A stretch of 63,689 nucleotides of DNA, counting the filler, from Circinaria calcarea (Eukaryota): the NCBI GenBank assembly GCA_051942165.1. It is 18 parts of 18 records of this genome, joined end to end, with 100 filler letters (N's around TTAATTAATTAA, not from the genome) between each part and the next. Parts side by side here need not be neighbours in the genome. Positions count along the whole stretch, not along the records: positions 49,653 to 53,088 come from JAVECS010002828.1; positions 53,189 to 56,623 come from JAVECS010002829.1; positions 56,724 to 60,157 come from JAVECS010002830.1; positions 60,258 to 63,689 come from JAVECS010002831.1; 14 more parts are not named here. The stretch is one strand, 5' to 3'. Below, one piece after another: positions 52,598-63,689 of this stretch (position 1 is the first letter of the stretch; each line of letters starts with the position of its first letter). Below the pieces are notes generated by a model that saw only the letters and a program-made list of their open reading frames with translations, was not told the origin of the DNA and did not search any database. The position numbers and the translations under genes were made by a program.

Positions 52598-53188
52598 TGT
52601 GGGAAAGAACTAGAGTCGGAAACCAAATCAGCATGGTGCACCCCAAGTCTGATGTGTAAGGGGGAGGGTTGGTATATTCGATTATGTCCGCGATGCCAAG
52701 GCTGTGTCCTCGAGTCTGCACGCACGAAGCAGGCGTAGTGTTCTAGGTACTGGGGCGGTGGTTCTTTGTACCCACAGCTTGCATGGACCGACTGACCTGC
52801 AAAAAAACTCCAAGGATGCCTCGAGCCAGACATGAAGAAGAGAGGCCGGATTATAAGCTAGTAGTACAGCAAGGAGACGAGAAGGAAAGATTAGAACAAC
52901 GGCAAATGCTCATCGCAATGAGAAGACCTAAGGAAAAGATGGATACGAAACGTGTCTGGCAGAGCAAGACCTCGATGGCCTTTTGATCATATCAACAAGA
53001 GCATTTCCCCAGACGCTGCATGGGGCTGATTGACCGCATGCTCCAGGTGGGTAGCCATTGATAGCACCGTTTACAGACGCCAGCACCANNNNNNNNNNNN
53101 NNNNNNNNNNNNNNNNNNNNNNNNNNNNNNNNTTAATTAATTAANNNNNNNNNNNNNNNNNNNNNNNNNNNNNNNNNNNNNNNNNNNN

Positions 53189-53560
53189 TAAATCGGCTAC
53201 CTTTCGGTTATAGAATAAAATCTTAATAATTACTTTATTAATATAGTTTTTTTTAATATTTAATAAACTTTAAATAAAAGCTAATCCTATATTAAAAGCT
53301 TAAATAATAACGAATTACTGGGTTTTGTCGAGCGTGGACCCTTTATTTAATTTAATAAAATCGAATGATTGCCCGGGTTTTAGAATCGGTGGTACGCCGG
53401 CGAGAATATTAAAGTTAAAATTACTGAATCCTCGTCTAGTAGTGTATGCTGGAGGTTTTATGACGTTAGTAGAAGTCTGGGAGTCTGGTGCTACGATCTC
53501 CGCGAATGGAAGGTTTAGTGTCTGGCTCATTTTCTGTAAGGCTTGTAGAGTTGGCTAAAA
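53189..53560. mobile_element. AT-rich RIP-degraded repeat relic (family unassigned)
   Basis: Abrupt shift to very AT- and TpA-rich sequence with a stop-riddled frame. It lies where the rest of the 2OG oxygenase gene should be. Confidence 0.5.
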
Positions 53561-53633
53561 AGAAGGCCCATAACCCCCGTGGATCCGCGTGTGAATGGGA
53601 AGAGAAAACACGGCGAGTTGGTAATCTGCCCAC

Positions 53634-53959
53634 CCATAGTACGTTCCCTGTCCGCTGAAGTCATAACTCTGCTTCTCCTCCAAGTCCAACCGAGATAGAT
53701 ACTCTCCGAGTTTGAACAGCCTATCCATATCCTTGAGAATGGCCTCGCCTTCCATCGAGTTGCGCAGGTCGAGGTAAAAAAAGCCTAGGTCTTTCGCAGC
53801 TCGGATGAACCGCGCCGACTCTTTGGAATCCCCATCCTGGAGTCTCTTCAGTGACAGCCGGAGGAGAGGAGCAATGGGCATATCCGAGGGGAAAGGCGGG
53901 AGGTCGGGAAAATCGTGGAAGCCACCGTCGGCCCCGATCTCGATTTTGCTTGGAAACAT
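53634..53959 (-). pseudogene. 2OG-Fe(II) oxygenase N-terminal (DIOX_N) exon, truncated
   Basis: FPDLPPFPSDMPIAPLLRLSLKRL..AAKDLGFFYLDL..LDLEEKQSYD..YYG, then a GT donor. No catalytic exons follow. Confidence 0.7.
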
Positions 53960-54672
53960 TATGAAAGCGATAGTGATTAAGTCGATAATATCCAGGCGGA
54001 TACCTTCTGTCAGGGGACATTGAGAGTTGGAGAGAAGAGGTAACCATTTTCGGTATCTAGACAGGACGGGAGTGAGTGCGGGGTCGCCTCGTAGCTGATC
54101 ACATAATATGTAGATGCTACCTGCTATAAATCTCTCTGAGAACCCTACACGCTTCGTAATGACTTTATGTTCATGGATAATGTTTGTTGATAGATGTTCT
54201 GGAACAGGGACAATCTCATCGTTGGCTAGTAATCTCACGTCCGTCGTAAACTCCATTGATTTGGAAAACGCATCAAAGCAAGCAAGTAATCAATCAATGG
54301 TCCTACCGATTGCGTAGAATACCCGCTCGTAGTCTGTCTGTCATTGAGAAACGCATTAACTCCGCTTGAATATCTTATCTAGAGATATAATGCTCTCCGT
54401 CGAAGGCCTTAGGGAGGCTTCCAGAATAGGACAATAGAAGAAATTCACCTTGAACAATCAAGCCTCCAACCAATCAACTGCTGGATGGACCCTCTCTTTC
54501 TCGTCCGTCCGCATCTGGACTACGGCGGCACCTGCCCCTGAGCTAGACTTCAATGCCCCCCACACCTTTCCACCCCGCGCCCAGTAAAGCTCCCGGCTCC
54601 GGCTGCTGTACAGGCTGTCTTCGAGGTACTCGACGTTGCCAGCCTCGGTCGACCTGGACGATCGTCTCAAAT

Positions 54673-56151
54673 ATGAAGATCTTTGGGCATATGCGATCGC
54701 GTTCGAAAGCGAAGAACGGCGTCGAATCTCAAGTCTACGAACAGCATGCGCCTCTGCCAGCGCGAACGAACGGTAAGGGAGGAAGAGGGTCAATGCTGGC
54801 CTCGAGGCACTTGTTGAAAAAGATATTTATACATGTTTGTCCACATACGCAGGATGAGGCGTACACGACCTCGGAGGACTCGATGATAGAAGATGGCTGC
54901 ATGTTATGTGATATGCGAGACCTAGCGCAATGCGCTTTGGTATGCCGGCACTGAGAAGAGATGACCCAGAATATTCCGTATATACTATGTTCCGGTATTT
55001 AATTATAACTACATTTGCTGATAATTTGATTTCGCAGATACTATAGCGTCCGCCTCGATGCAGTGCACTATTATCAGCGTGAGATCGATCTATCGGTAAA
55101 AAGAAAACATTAATCGTTCTTTGAGCGTAATGGAGAACCTAAAGACGCTATTTAACAGCGGCTTTAGCTCTTTTCGAGGACGGTTAGGGAAAGAAAATAC
55201 CTAGCTATCCTGATTCAAAATCTTAAAATACCTTTTATGACGAGAGAGACCTGCAAGGCAGATCTGGCCCGTACGGTCTCCGTATTATTAAATCTTTAAT
55301 ACGTGGATCTATCTGAAGGTTTCTATAGCGATGATTTATTATTAAGTACTCTCAAGCAAGAATTACTGCATCGCTGTCCGGATATTCGAAAGATGAAATA
55401 TATAGCCGGTTTGGAGGAGAGCTTTACGATGCTCGCCTATACACGATAGTAGTAAAGCCTTGAAATACTCGAGCTATCGGGTCTTCGAGTCGAGCCAGAT
55501 ATATTTCTCTACGTGTTAATATCTTTTCTAATCCTCCACGAAAATATTCTGGGTGATTTTCCCGTCCTGGAAGATTCTATCTTTATGCCGAGCAATATCT
55601 TATCCCTATTTCTATAATTTATAATTTTTATTTTCCACGACTATCCTGTTATTACTACTGACGGTCTCGTTATATATCTTTTTAAGGCCGAGATTCGTAA
55701 GACCTTTACAGAACTGCGTCTCTCCTAAATAAATATCCAGGCTTTAACGCTGAACGAAATTCTTCGCGTCGCGCTATATATGAAAAACCTTATTATAAGT
55801 GAAGTAGTCTCTCGCTTATTCCCACTTACGCCGGTTCTTCCCCTGGCTTCTTAATCCCTTCGCATTCTTTATTATAAAATCCTATCTACGACCAATTCAC
55901 CCAACCCTGCCTCAGAAATATATTACTCGTATTTTACGATATTAGTTTTTTCGAGCTCGTTGCCATATCTAATAGAGCTCTATGCCTTTTGCCCTTTTTT
56001 TCCGGACCTTCTCCTCTATCCATTAACTGCCTCATTTGCAGCTCCTTCCAGTCCCAATAATCGAAGCTGGTTTTCGGCATATTCAGTTGATTCTTCATAC
56101 TCGTCATCAACTTATATACATGGTGGGTTCGCTACGCTCGAACTATATTAA
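54673..56151 (+). pseudogene. RIP-inactivated F-box/LRR protein gene
   Basis: IFIHVCPHTQDEAY..EDGCMLCDMRDLAQCALVCRH* / YSVRLDAVHY..PFMTRETCKADLARTVSVL. The frame is retained but carries many TAA/TAG/TGA stops (e.g. CGA TAG TAG TAA). Confidence 0.85.
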
Positions 56152-59100
56152 CTATTGTCGTTATTGCGTTACTTATTGCTGCATGGCCCCTCCTAGTTAC
56201 GTTTACTGAATTATTTTTTTAAATCTCCCACTTTATTGGGCTGCTCTCATGGCTACGCTGGTGTTACGTCCCTAAGCTTCTTAGGCAAAGGCAATGCTAG
56301 TCACTGGTATAGGGCAGGGGCTCTGTGATATGCGCACGGATTCTATACCAATCACTTGGCAAGTAAGGAGTGACAATAGAAGTATATTGTTATACTTGTA
56401 AGGTCTTGACCACACAGGTCAAATACTACGGAAAGGACTGTGCCTATATACCCTTTCCTCGACAGGGGTCACAGCAGTGATTCCTATGATCCCACTGCTC
56501 CATGACCAGATCAACCGGATCACTTGGATCACCAGTGCTCCCATTGATCCCATACGTTACACAAGGGATCACTCGGATCATCCTCCTGAATACCCTTGGT
56601 ACGCGCAGTACTGATCACGACCGNNNNNNNNNNNNNNNNNNNNNNNNNNNNNNNNNNNNNNNNNNNNTTAATTAATTAANNNNNNNNNNNNNNNNNNNNN
56701 NNNNNNNNNNNNNNNNNNNNNNNAAGATGTAGGACGTGCAGTCCGGAGGATGGAAGATTTAAGCGTGGAGATAGGACGGGATTGAAAGGAAATGGACGGA
56801 GATGGCGATGAGAGAGCGCGGCATGCAGCGCGGCGAAGACAGAACCTAGGGACGAGATGTAAGTCCCTCGTAGCCCATACTCGAATTGAGATTCCTGACT
56901 TACATTGTGAGTGATGAGATGATGACAGGGACAGAGTAAATGAATTAGAGCCTGTTGTCGACACAAATGCAAACTGATGTACTTCCAGAATTTCGTGTCT
57001 CGATAAATTCTGGAAGATGTCCGTCTGGCCAGCTTAGTCCTAAAAGCGTAAAGCGCCTTCGGGTTGCAATCTCCTATTCCTAAGGTGTCTAGCGTGCGAG
57101 AGCTTCCCCTAATCATTCCACTGCGACTGTAGACTCGGGGGTGATTCTCCGCGACTTCGAGAGATGAGATCTGAATGTTCTTAACTTCTGCTTTACGCAT
57201 TTCAAGTCTGCCTAACTTACACACCGCAATTTAGAGCACTTTAGACTCTCTCCGTCCTATTTGTTGTCTGGGCTTTTCTGATATGACATGTATGAATATG
57301 CTTCTATATGGACTTGGTGGAAATTGCTACAATCAGAAGAGAACATCCTTTCCAACTTACATTCCCTTGCCACATTAAACACCTTTTGCATAAGTGGTAC
57401 ATGCGATCTACGTTCTCCTGATGGTTCTTTCATATTCTAGCCAAGGGCCACTTCCGAAGTGTTTGGGTTTGATCCATGGAATGATCTGCCAGAGGACATT
57501 CGATCTCTAGGAGGGCTATGCATGGTGGCCATCTCATTGCTCAGGATATCCAACTATAGGATCACCGTGAAAACGATCGAGATGGCATATTTCTAAAGCA
57601 GCATTCCAAGCCGAAATACATAGTGGCCTTATGAAAGAGTAACACGAACATCCGATTGCACTTGAATATTCCCATATCGGAAGATACAGAGCGAATAGAT
57701 AGATATCCTGATAGGTTGTTGATCATCGAATTTGTTCAAACCGGGAACGATGAAAAGTACGCAGGCGCTATGATGGACTTCGGCCAGGATATAGCTACCA
57801 CTGTTGGTGAATTTACATACCAAAGTAAAACAAAAAACCCGGGCCCCGTAGGCTAGGGATGGTGACACATCTATTCACCGTTCCGACAAAATATCCTAAC
57901 AGCGGTTCTTCAGGCTGCCTTGGGGGCTATGATCTCCATGTCCCATAAAGAGTGTTCACCGTCGCCCAAAGTTATCGGAATATGTAAGTTGACTTTCAAA
58001 CGGCTTTTCTAAACTTAAGGCTTATGTTAGCTAAAGCTGAGATAAGCGCTAGGAAGGTGACTTTACCCTTGGCTTCATCAACAAAGGCCGGCCATGAATC
58101 ATTGATAGTGTTAAAGGCCAGCGGCCTAGTTTTGACTTGCACAACCAATCCTCGAACGCCCCAGAGCTTGAGTTTGGGTCACCATTTTGATGACTACTGT
58201 TCAAAAGACCAGCCGTCCACACATACCCTGAGATCACATTCAGAAGAGAGCTCAGGAGCGATATCTCCTCCGTGGAAGGCGTCATCTTGCTAATAATATC
58301 TACAGGAACCTATACAAAGCCCATGTGGTTGTCAACTGGCGTCACCTACTGACTTACTTCTGAGAGCTTCAGGGTACCGTCAGGATGCAAAGGCTCGGGG
58401 TCATACCTGAATGGAGTAGGGTCCCCGTTGCCTTCTGGATCGTGCGAGTTCTCCCGCTCGCCAAGGCGCTGGAGGGGGAGCTGTGAAACGGGCATACTTT
58501 TCCTGTCACTCGGGATCAACTTTACAGATAGATGGCATTTGCTGGTCAGGATCTAGAAAGGGAAAACCCATAAACAGTATTATAAATAGCAGGGATGTCA
58601 CCATTTCTGCCACAGTCTAGGGAAATACAATACAAAAAACCACCCCACCTTGCTTGGGACTGGACCCATTTGAGTTTATGCATTTTGAGGGACACGCTGT
58701 AACGTAGAGAAGGCTTGTGTGATATTGGCATCTTCTTTCCACTGACCCTTTACCAAGAACCCCTCCCCATCCCTTCGAACAGGAGCCAAAAGCCTCTCTG
58801 GTTTTGCTGTCTTATATGTCGTCCTTTGATATTCCAGTTTAGGGAATGGGAGTTTTAAGCCGCTAGGATCAGAGACGGGTAATTGAGTTTTATGGAAAAG
58901 TGGGTTAGGGAGTCAATATCTAATTTGGAGTTCAGGGAAAGAGTGATTACCTCGGGGTATATCCAACGCAGGAGATCCATCTACCAGACAAGAATTCTTC
59001 CAGGCAGATTTTTTCGTGTGCAGATTGGGGCATTTGGGAGGATGATCGGGGCACGGTAGACATGGCATCCTCACACGCTCACAATCATTTACACCAAGCC

Positions 59101-59555
59101 TTCAATCTTGGATGATTGCATAAAGTGTCAATTAGGGATCTAATCATAGATTTAGGAAAATATGACAGGGGGTATTGCCGTTTGGGTTCCAGGATACTAT
59201 CTAGGTCTTTGAACGGAATGATTCTCGAGGACTTGTTGGGCGATTGCTTGAATTTTTGGAAGGGACCGGTTTCTTTGCCCAGAGCTTGAGATTTGGCGCA
59301 TTACCGCTTATACTGGGGTAGACGGGTGAGGTGTAATTCGTCAGACCTTGGCTTGTAGCCTTCTCGACGGTCGCTTCTTCGAGCCATTTGCTGTCCGCTA
59401 ACACGCATCCACAAGGAGCTTAGGACTTTGGATGAGATATGGTGGACTTGATCATGATCCAGCACAAGTTTTTCTCCTCTGAGGCGTTCCTGCTCCATTT
59501 GCCGGTCTTACTGAGCAGCCTCGCGTGTTTGCGATGAGAATATCATTATCCAGAC

Positions 59556-60157
59556 TCACCGGACTACATCTGCCGTGCCTTCTCTCTCGAGGGCAGGACT
59601 CTTCATACCAGGTCTCCAAAGCCTGTACGAGTACAACTTTGTCCGACCGTCCTTGTCATTCTTATCTTCCACCTCTTTCTCCTTCCAAAACTCGAATCCA
59701 CACTTTTCCAAGACAGCTTGACTCGCCAGATTTTCCGTCATCACATAACCAAATAGATGATCCCGCTCCTCTCCTTCCAACCCCGGAAAGCCATTCGGAT
59801 AGATCCTCCAGTACCATTCCAAGAACCCTTGCAAAGCCTCGGTAGCATACCCATGCCCCCAGTAGGATCGATTGAACATGTACCCTACCTCCGGGAGTTG
59901 ACCACCGCCACAAATCCCAATGAGCTTTGGCAGTCTGTTGAAGTCATCGTCTGTGGAAGGACGATCGATCTCTTTAGCAGCTGCGAGGCCCGCGAGTTCG
60001 ACGGCGAATGAAAGCAAAGTGCCTGGTTCTAGTCGAGATCGGAACGATTGGCGGGTTTGGGACAGATCAGTATCCGGACGGAAGGAGCTGTGAGATTTTG
60101 GTTAGGATCATCGCTCTATCGGTATAAGATGAATTCTTCGCTCACGTAAACCGAGCC
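59556..60157 (-). CDS. GNAT acetyltransferase (RimJ/RimL family), 5'-truncated
   Basis: LIGICG..PEVGYMFNRSYWGHGYATEAL..ENLASQAVLEKCGF. Confidence 0.85.
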
Positions 60158-60257
60158 NNNNNNNNNNNNNNNNNNNNNNNNNNNNNNNNNNNNNNNNNNN
60201 NTTAATTAATTAANNNNNNNNNNNNNNNNNNNNNNNNNNNNNNNNNNNNNNNNNNNN

Positions 60258-60365
60258 GATGAAGGAGTTGTAGGTTTGTTTGGCCGTGCGGACTTTGACT
60301 GCTTTCATCATTTTGCCGGCGGAGACGACGACGCCGCAGAGGGAGGAGGGCCGGTGGGGAGGCAT
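60258..60365 (-). CDS. Mitochondrial ribosomal protein uS17m, N-terminal fragment
   Basis: MPPHRPSSLCGVVVSAGKMMKAVKVRTAKQTYNSF carries the S17 motif GVVVSxGKMxKxVKV. Cut by the contig end. Confidence 0.7.
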
Positions 60366-61197
60366 GGCGAAGAGGGAACAGGAAAGGGAAGCTCGGGGTC
60401 GGGATTTTTGTCGGAGAAGTTGGGTGGGGTGCTGTTGAGTGGTATAGAGCTCTGAGTGGACTTTAGGGTAGGGGGAAACCCTTGGAGGGCGAGAGGAATT
60501 GGTCGAAGACGAGGACTTATCCTCAGGGTTATTGAAAGGGCTGGTTCGGTTTATCTGATCATAAGTTCTGAAGGTAGACGTTTGGTTGGTATCCCTGCCG
60601 GGAATAGCTTTAGCTCCAGCGCAGCATCAAGTATCAATAAATTTCGAAGTAGGAGATGTTAGCACTGTTTACTTCGTATAACCTTAGCTTACACGGCTTT
60701 CAGCCCTACCTGAACAAGAATTAACCCTGATTTTCATTTACTATTCCTACATTCCCTATTATCGTACCGTGTTACGGCCTAATTAGGCGTTCTGGCTACT
60801 GCTCTATATATACTCTGATTTCCCGTATCACCATCTCCGTTCTTAGAAGAGAGCAGTGCCACTGAACACAAACGAGCTGATACTATGGGTATACAGTATA
60901 TACGAGTTTTTTCAAGCTAGGTGTTTCAGTTTTAATCAGACTTCAAATGTGCTGCACCTTGCACGAACTTTACATCTCTCTACTTTACTTTTTCTTCTTT
61001 GTCCAGATATGTTACTCTCCAGCTTAGTGGCTTGCTTATCGTTTAGTTTTTTGGGGAAACAAGGGGGAATTTGCTCATTGTGCAGCTCATTTGCAACTTC
61101 TATGGCGCACGAAACAAGTCATGGGCATCTGTTCATACTGTTGATTTGTATGGTTCACCAAGACGATTTCATATTCAGGGTAAACCATATTTGCAGG

Positions 61198-63135
61198 ATG
61201 GATCTACATGGAAAGTACCGGTATGATGCTCTTCCAGATAAAGAAATTCGTTTGTTTAAACTCGAAATAACGGACTTTACTGGGCTTATCTCCGATAAGC
61301 TCATCACCTTTCGGCACCTATGCCAGTTCGATCCCTCACCAGGGAATCTTGCGGGCGTGTTTCGTCATTGGAGCGATTTGGGAGAAAGGAGGAGGTAAAG
61401 GTAGCAGAGGTGTGGATGGACGTGAAGGATGGGGATATGACGTACTATCATATGCATGGGGTCAACTGCAGGTTTTACCTTCTCTCCTACTCTTCACTGC
61501 AACCAAAGTCATGAAAGACGGCAAACCGGACACGTAAGATGTTATTGGCCGGCGGGGCAAGGTCGATGTACACAGCAATCCTCATGCAGCGCTGGAACAA
61601 CTCCAGTAAAGACGATATAGCAGATTCATCTAGATCGATGCAGAAAAAAATACCCAAACATTGATGAGGCCAACTGTGTGCTTGTCTGGCTTGGGGAGGC
61701 ATCTGGACTGGAAGAAGGCGCCTTGGCTATAATGCCGGCCATCACCAAGATTCTGCAGAAAACTGTGGATAAGCAGACACTTTCACCTCTGTCCGGGTTG
61801 CCGGAGCCCTCGCATGGTATCTGGTCAGCATTGGGGTTATTGATGATGCGGCCTTGGTTCCGATGTCTATGGACTCTCCAAGAAGTAGTCTTGCCAGAAA
61901 TTGCCGGTATTATTTACGGTAGTAAAACTATCACTTGGGAAACGTTGGAAGAGTTTGTGCAAATCGATAGACGCTGCGAGCTTGATGATTGGACTATCGA
62001 CGGCCGCCGTGGTCTAGTCGAGGACAGACTTTAGGGTTATGCTGCCACTCTAACCGTACAAGTTTGTCGAGCGTCTATCAAGGGGCTTCAGTGGGGTGTG
62101 AAATCGTCGGTGCTGGTAACTGCAACGCGCAGGATGGAAGCAAAGAATCCTGTTGATATGGTGTTTGGCATGCTTGGCTTAGTTGCTCCAGGGGTATTCG
62201 ATGAGATTGGGATTGACGTATCGCTTCCCGTTCCAAGTGCATTCGTGCAACTTGCTAGACACTACGTCCAAAACGAACCTGACGACATTCTAACCCATGT
62301 TTCAGCGCGTGAGAAGTTTGATGGTCTTCCTTCATGGTGCCTTAATTTCGCTTCCCGAGAAGAGACAACCCCTTCGCACAATCCGTGGATGAATGAACGG
62401 ATCGTCACAAGCATCCGAGAGCCTCAAATGTACCGCGCTGAGTTCCGACTACAAGGCGTATGGCAGAAACCAACAAATGAGAAGCTCGTGTGGACAGTGA
62501 TCAAAAACACACATTATCGGGTCGAAATCCTTTGCAAAATTGCTACAATACAAGTGATACCTGCCAGATTTCTCTAAAACCAGACTCAAATCACATTCGT
62601 GACTTCAACCGTATCCAGCAAACTCATCAATAGGGAAGCTCCCTGTCTTGTGTTGGCAAAACGCATTCTGACGGACACCAGCGATGTCTCCAAGGTGTAC
62701 TGGCGCACTTTGATTGCCAATTTCAAATACGACCGCCTCGAGGACGAGGTAATCTTCTAGAACGAGCATGATCGAATAGACTAGCTAGAGGCTTACCATG
62801 GACCCAAGGAGTTCCTTCAGGTTACGGTCAATCTTGGCGAGTGTACATCTTACGACAATCTCGGTCCCTGGTCCAAGTTTATTTTCCGCCCGGATTGAGA
62901 CGAGCAACCCGCTGCTGATGGTGGTGCTTCTCCGCTATATGTGATGGACGGATTGGACCTGGGACCGTTCTGGTACTCCAGTCGGCGGTGCGGTCTGCAT
63001 TCTCTTTTTTCTGCCCAACGTCATATGTTCTACGGCATGGGGGGCCCTTCTGGAACGAGTCGACTTGTCGGTAGAGGTTACGTTCACGGACTCATATACT
63101 CGGAAAGCGCTCGACATGCTACATCAAGGTTTTAG
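61198..63135 (+). pseudogene. HET-domain (het-6-like) heterokaryon incompatibility pseudogene
   Basis: YRYDALP..EIRL, YDVLSYAWG, VLVWLGE, RPWFRCLWTLQEVVL, DMVFGMLGL, LPSWC and LVGRGYVHGL, spread over several frames with stops. Confidence 0.85.
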
Positions 63136-63689
63136 TGCAGGAGACACAATGGGTCATTGGATGAGAAGACTAAATAGTAGCAGATGATGGTTATGGGGAT
63201 ACCTTGCAAAAAGGCTAGCTATAGAGGAAGATGAGTCGAGTTCGGCATTCTTATGATGAGTTAGGTGTCTTGCTTGATCCAGATGCTTCATCTTCAAGTT
63301 ATCTCAAAGGAAGACAGCAGCAGCATTTAGTTCTACCAAAAGCTCGGGTATATTCCCTTAGGCAACTCATTCCAACGTCCATCCCAATCGCAACGGTACG
63401 GGACTCTCTTTTCGGAATACAGCTTTGATTGTCACACCGCCATCCCTTTCTCTGATCCCTGATTCGAACACGTTACGGGGACTATTCTGCTTTCGCAGGT
63501 ATCTTTCAGCTCTGCAGCATAAAAAGCTTCCCGTAGGCCAATTAACCCCAAAAAACACGTCCTTCCCGGATCCCGACCATCCCACTTTTCGGGCAAGATT
63601 TCCCCATGAAAGGCCAGGAAAAAAAGCGTCTTCTCCGGATCAATTTCCTTAGCAGTCCAGTACCCCCTGATAGACACCCCTGTTGGACC

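Noticed and set aside
56262..56623. Possible solo LTR (TGTTAC..GTGACA, or a TGTAAG start followed by GGATCAC-rich sequence)
   Set aside because: No target-site duplication, PBS/PPT or second copy is visible, and the region is truncated by the contig end.
56724..59500. Short ORFs on contig 17 (and similarly at 42576-43151)
   Set aside because: No recognisable domains or consistent exon chain by eye, so left unannotated.

Overview
This window is not one locus. It is 18 separate fungal contigs of about 3.43-3.46 kb, ordered by decreasing length and joined by artificial 100-bp spacers (44 N + TTAATTAATTAA + 44 N), so nothing across a spacer is linked. Gene content and intron signals (GT..CTRAC..YAG) indicate a filamentous ascomycete (Pezizomycotina). 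Most contigs carry fragments of ordinary genes: cytosolic Hsp70, Spt8, a P450, formin SepA, Cox20, Bna6, an SDR, Prp18, a GH18 chitinase, a cyclin T/K-like protein, Irc22/TRAP-alpha, a PPR-like protein, Utp18, Ssn6, a CFEM-like protein, a GNAT and uS17m. The standout is a Kex2-processed multicore repeat-peptide precursor on the minus strand (24154-24762). It has 18 copies of AK[V/I]AYD[E/Q] arranged 3-2-3-2-3-2-3 between six KARR sites, which makes it a candidate precursor of an uncharacterised fungal RiPP (dikaritin-like) or secreted peptide family. Its signal peptide and any upstream tailoring genes lie beyond the contig end. Also present are a complete RIP-inactivated Mutator/MULE element (89-bp TIRs, near-perfect 9-bp TSD) upstream of SSN6, a Tc1/mariner-type MITE, a RIP-destroyed copy of a host F-box/LRR gene, and a HET-domain pseudogene. 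All family assignments come from motif recognition by eye, not from database searches.
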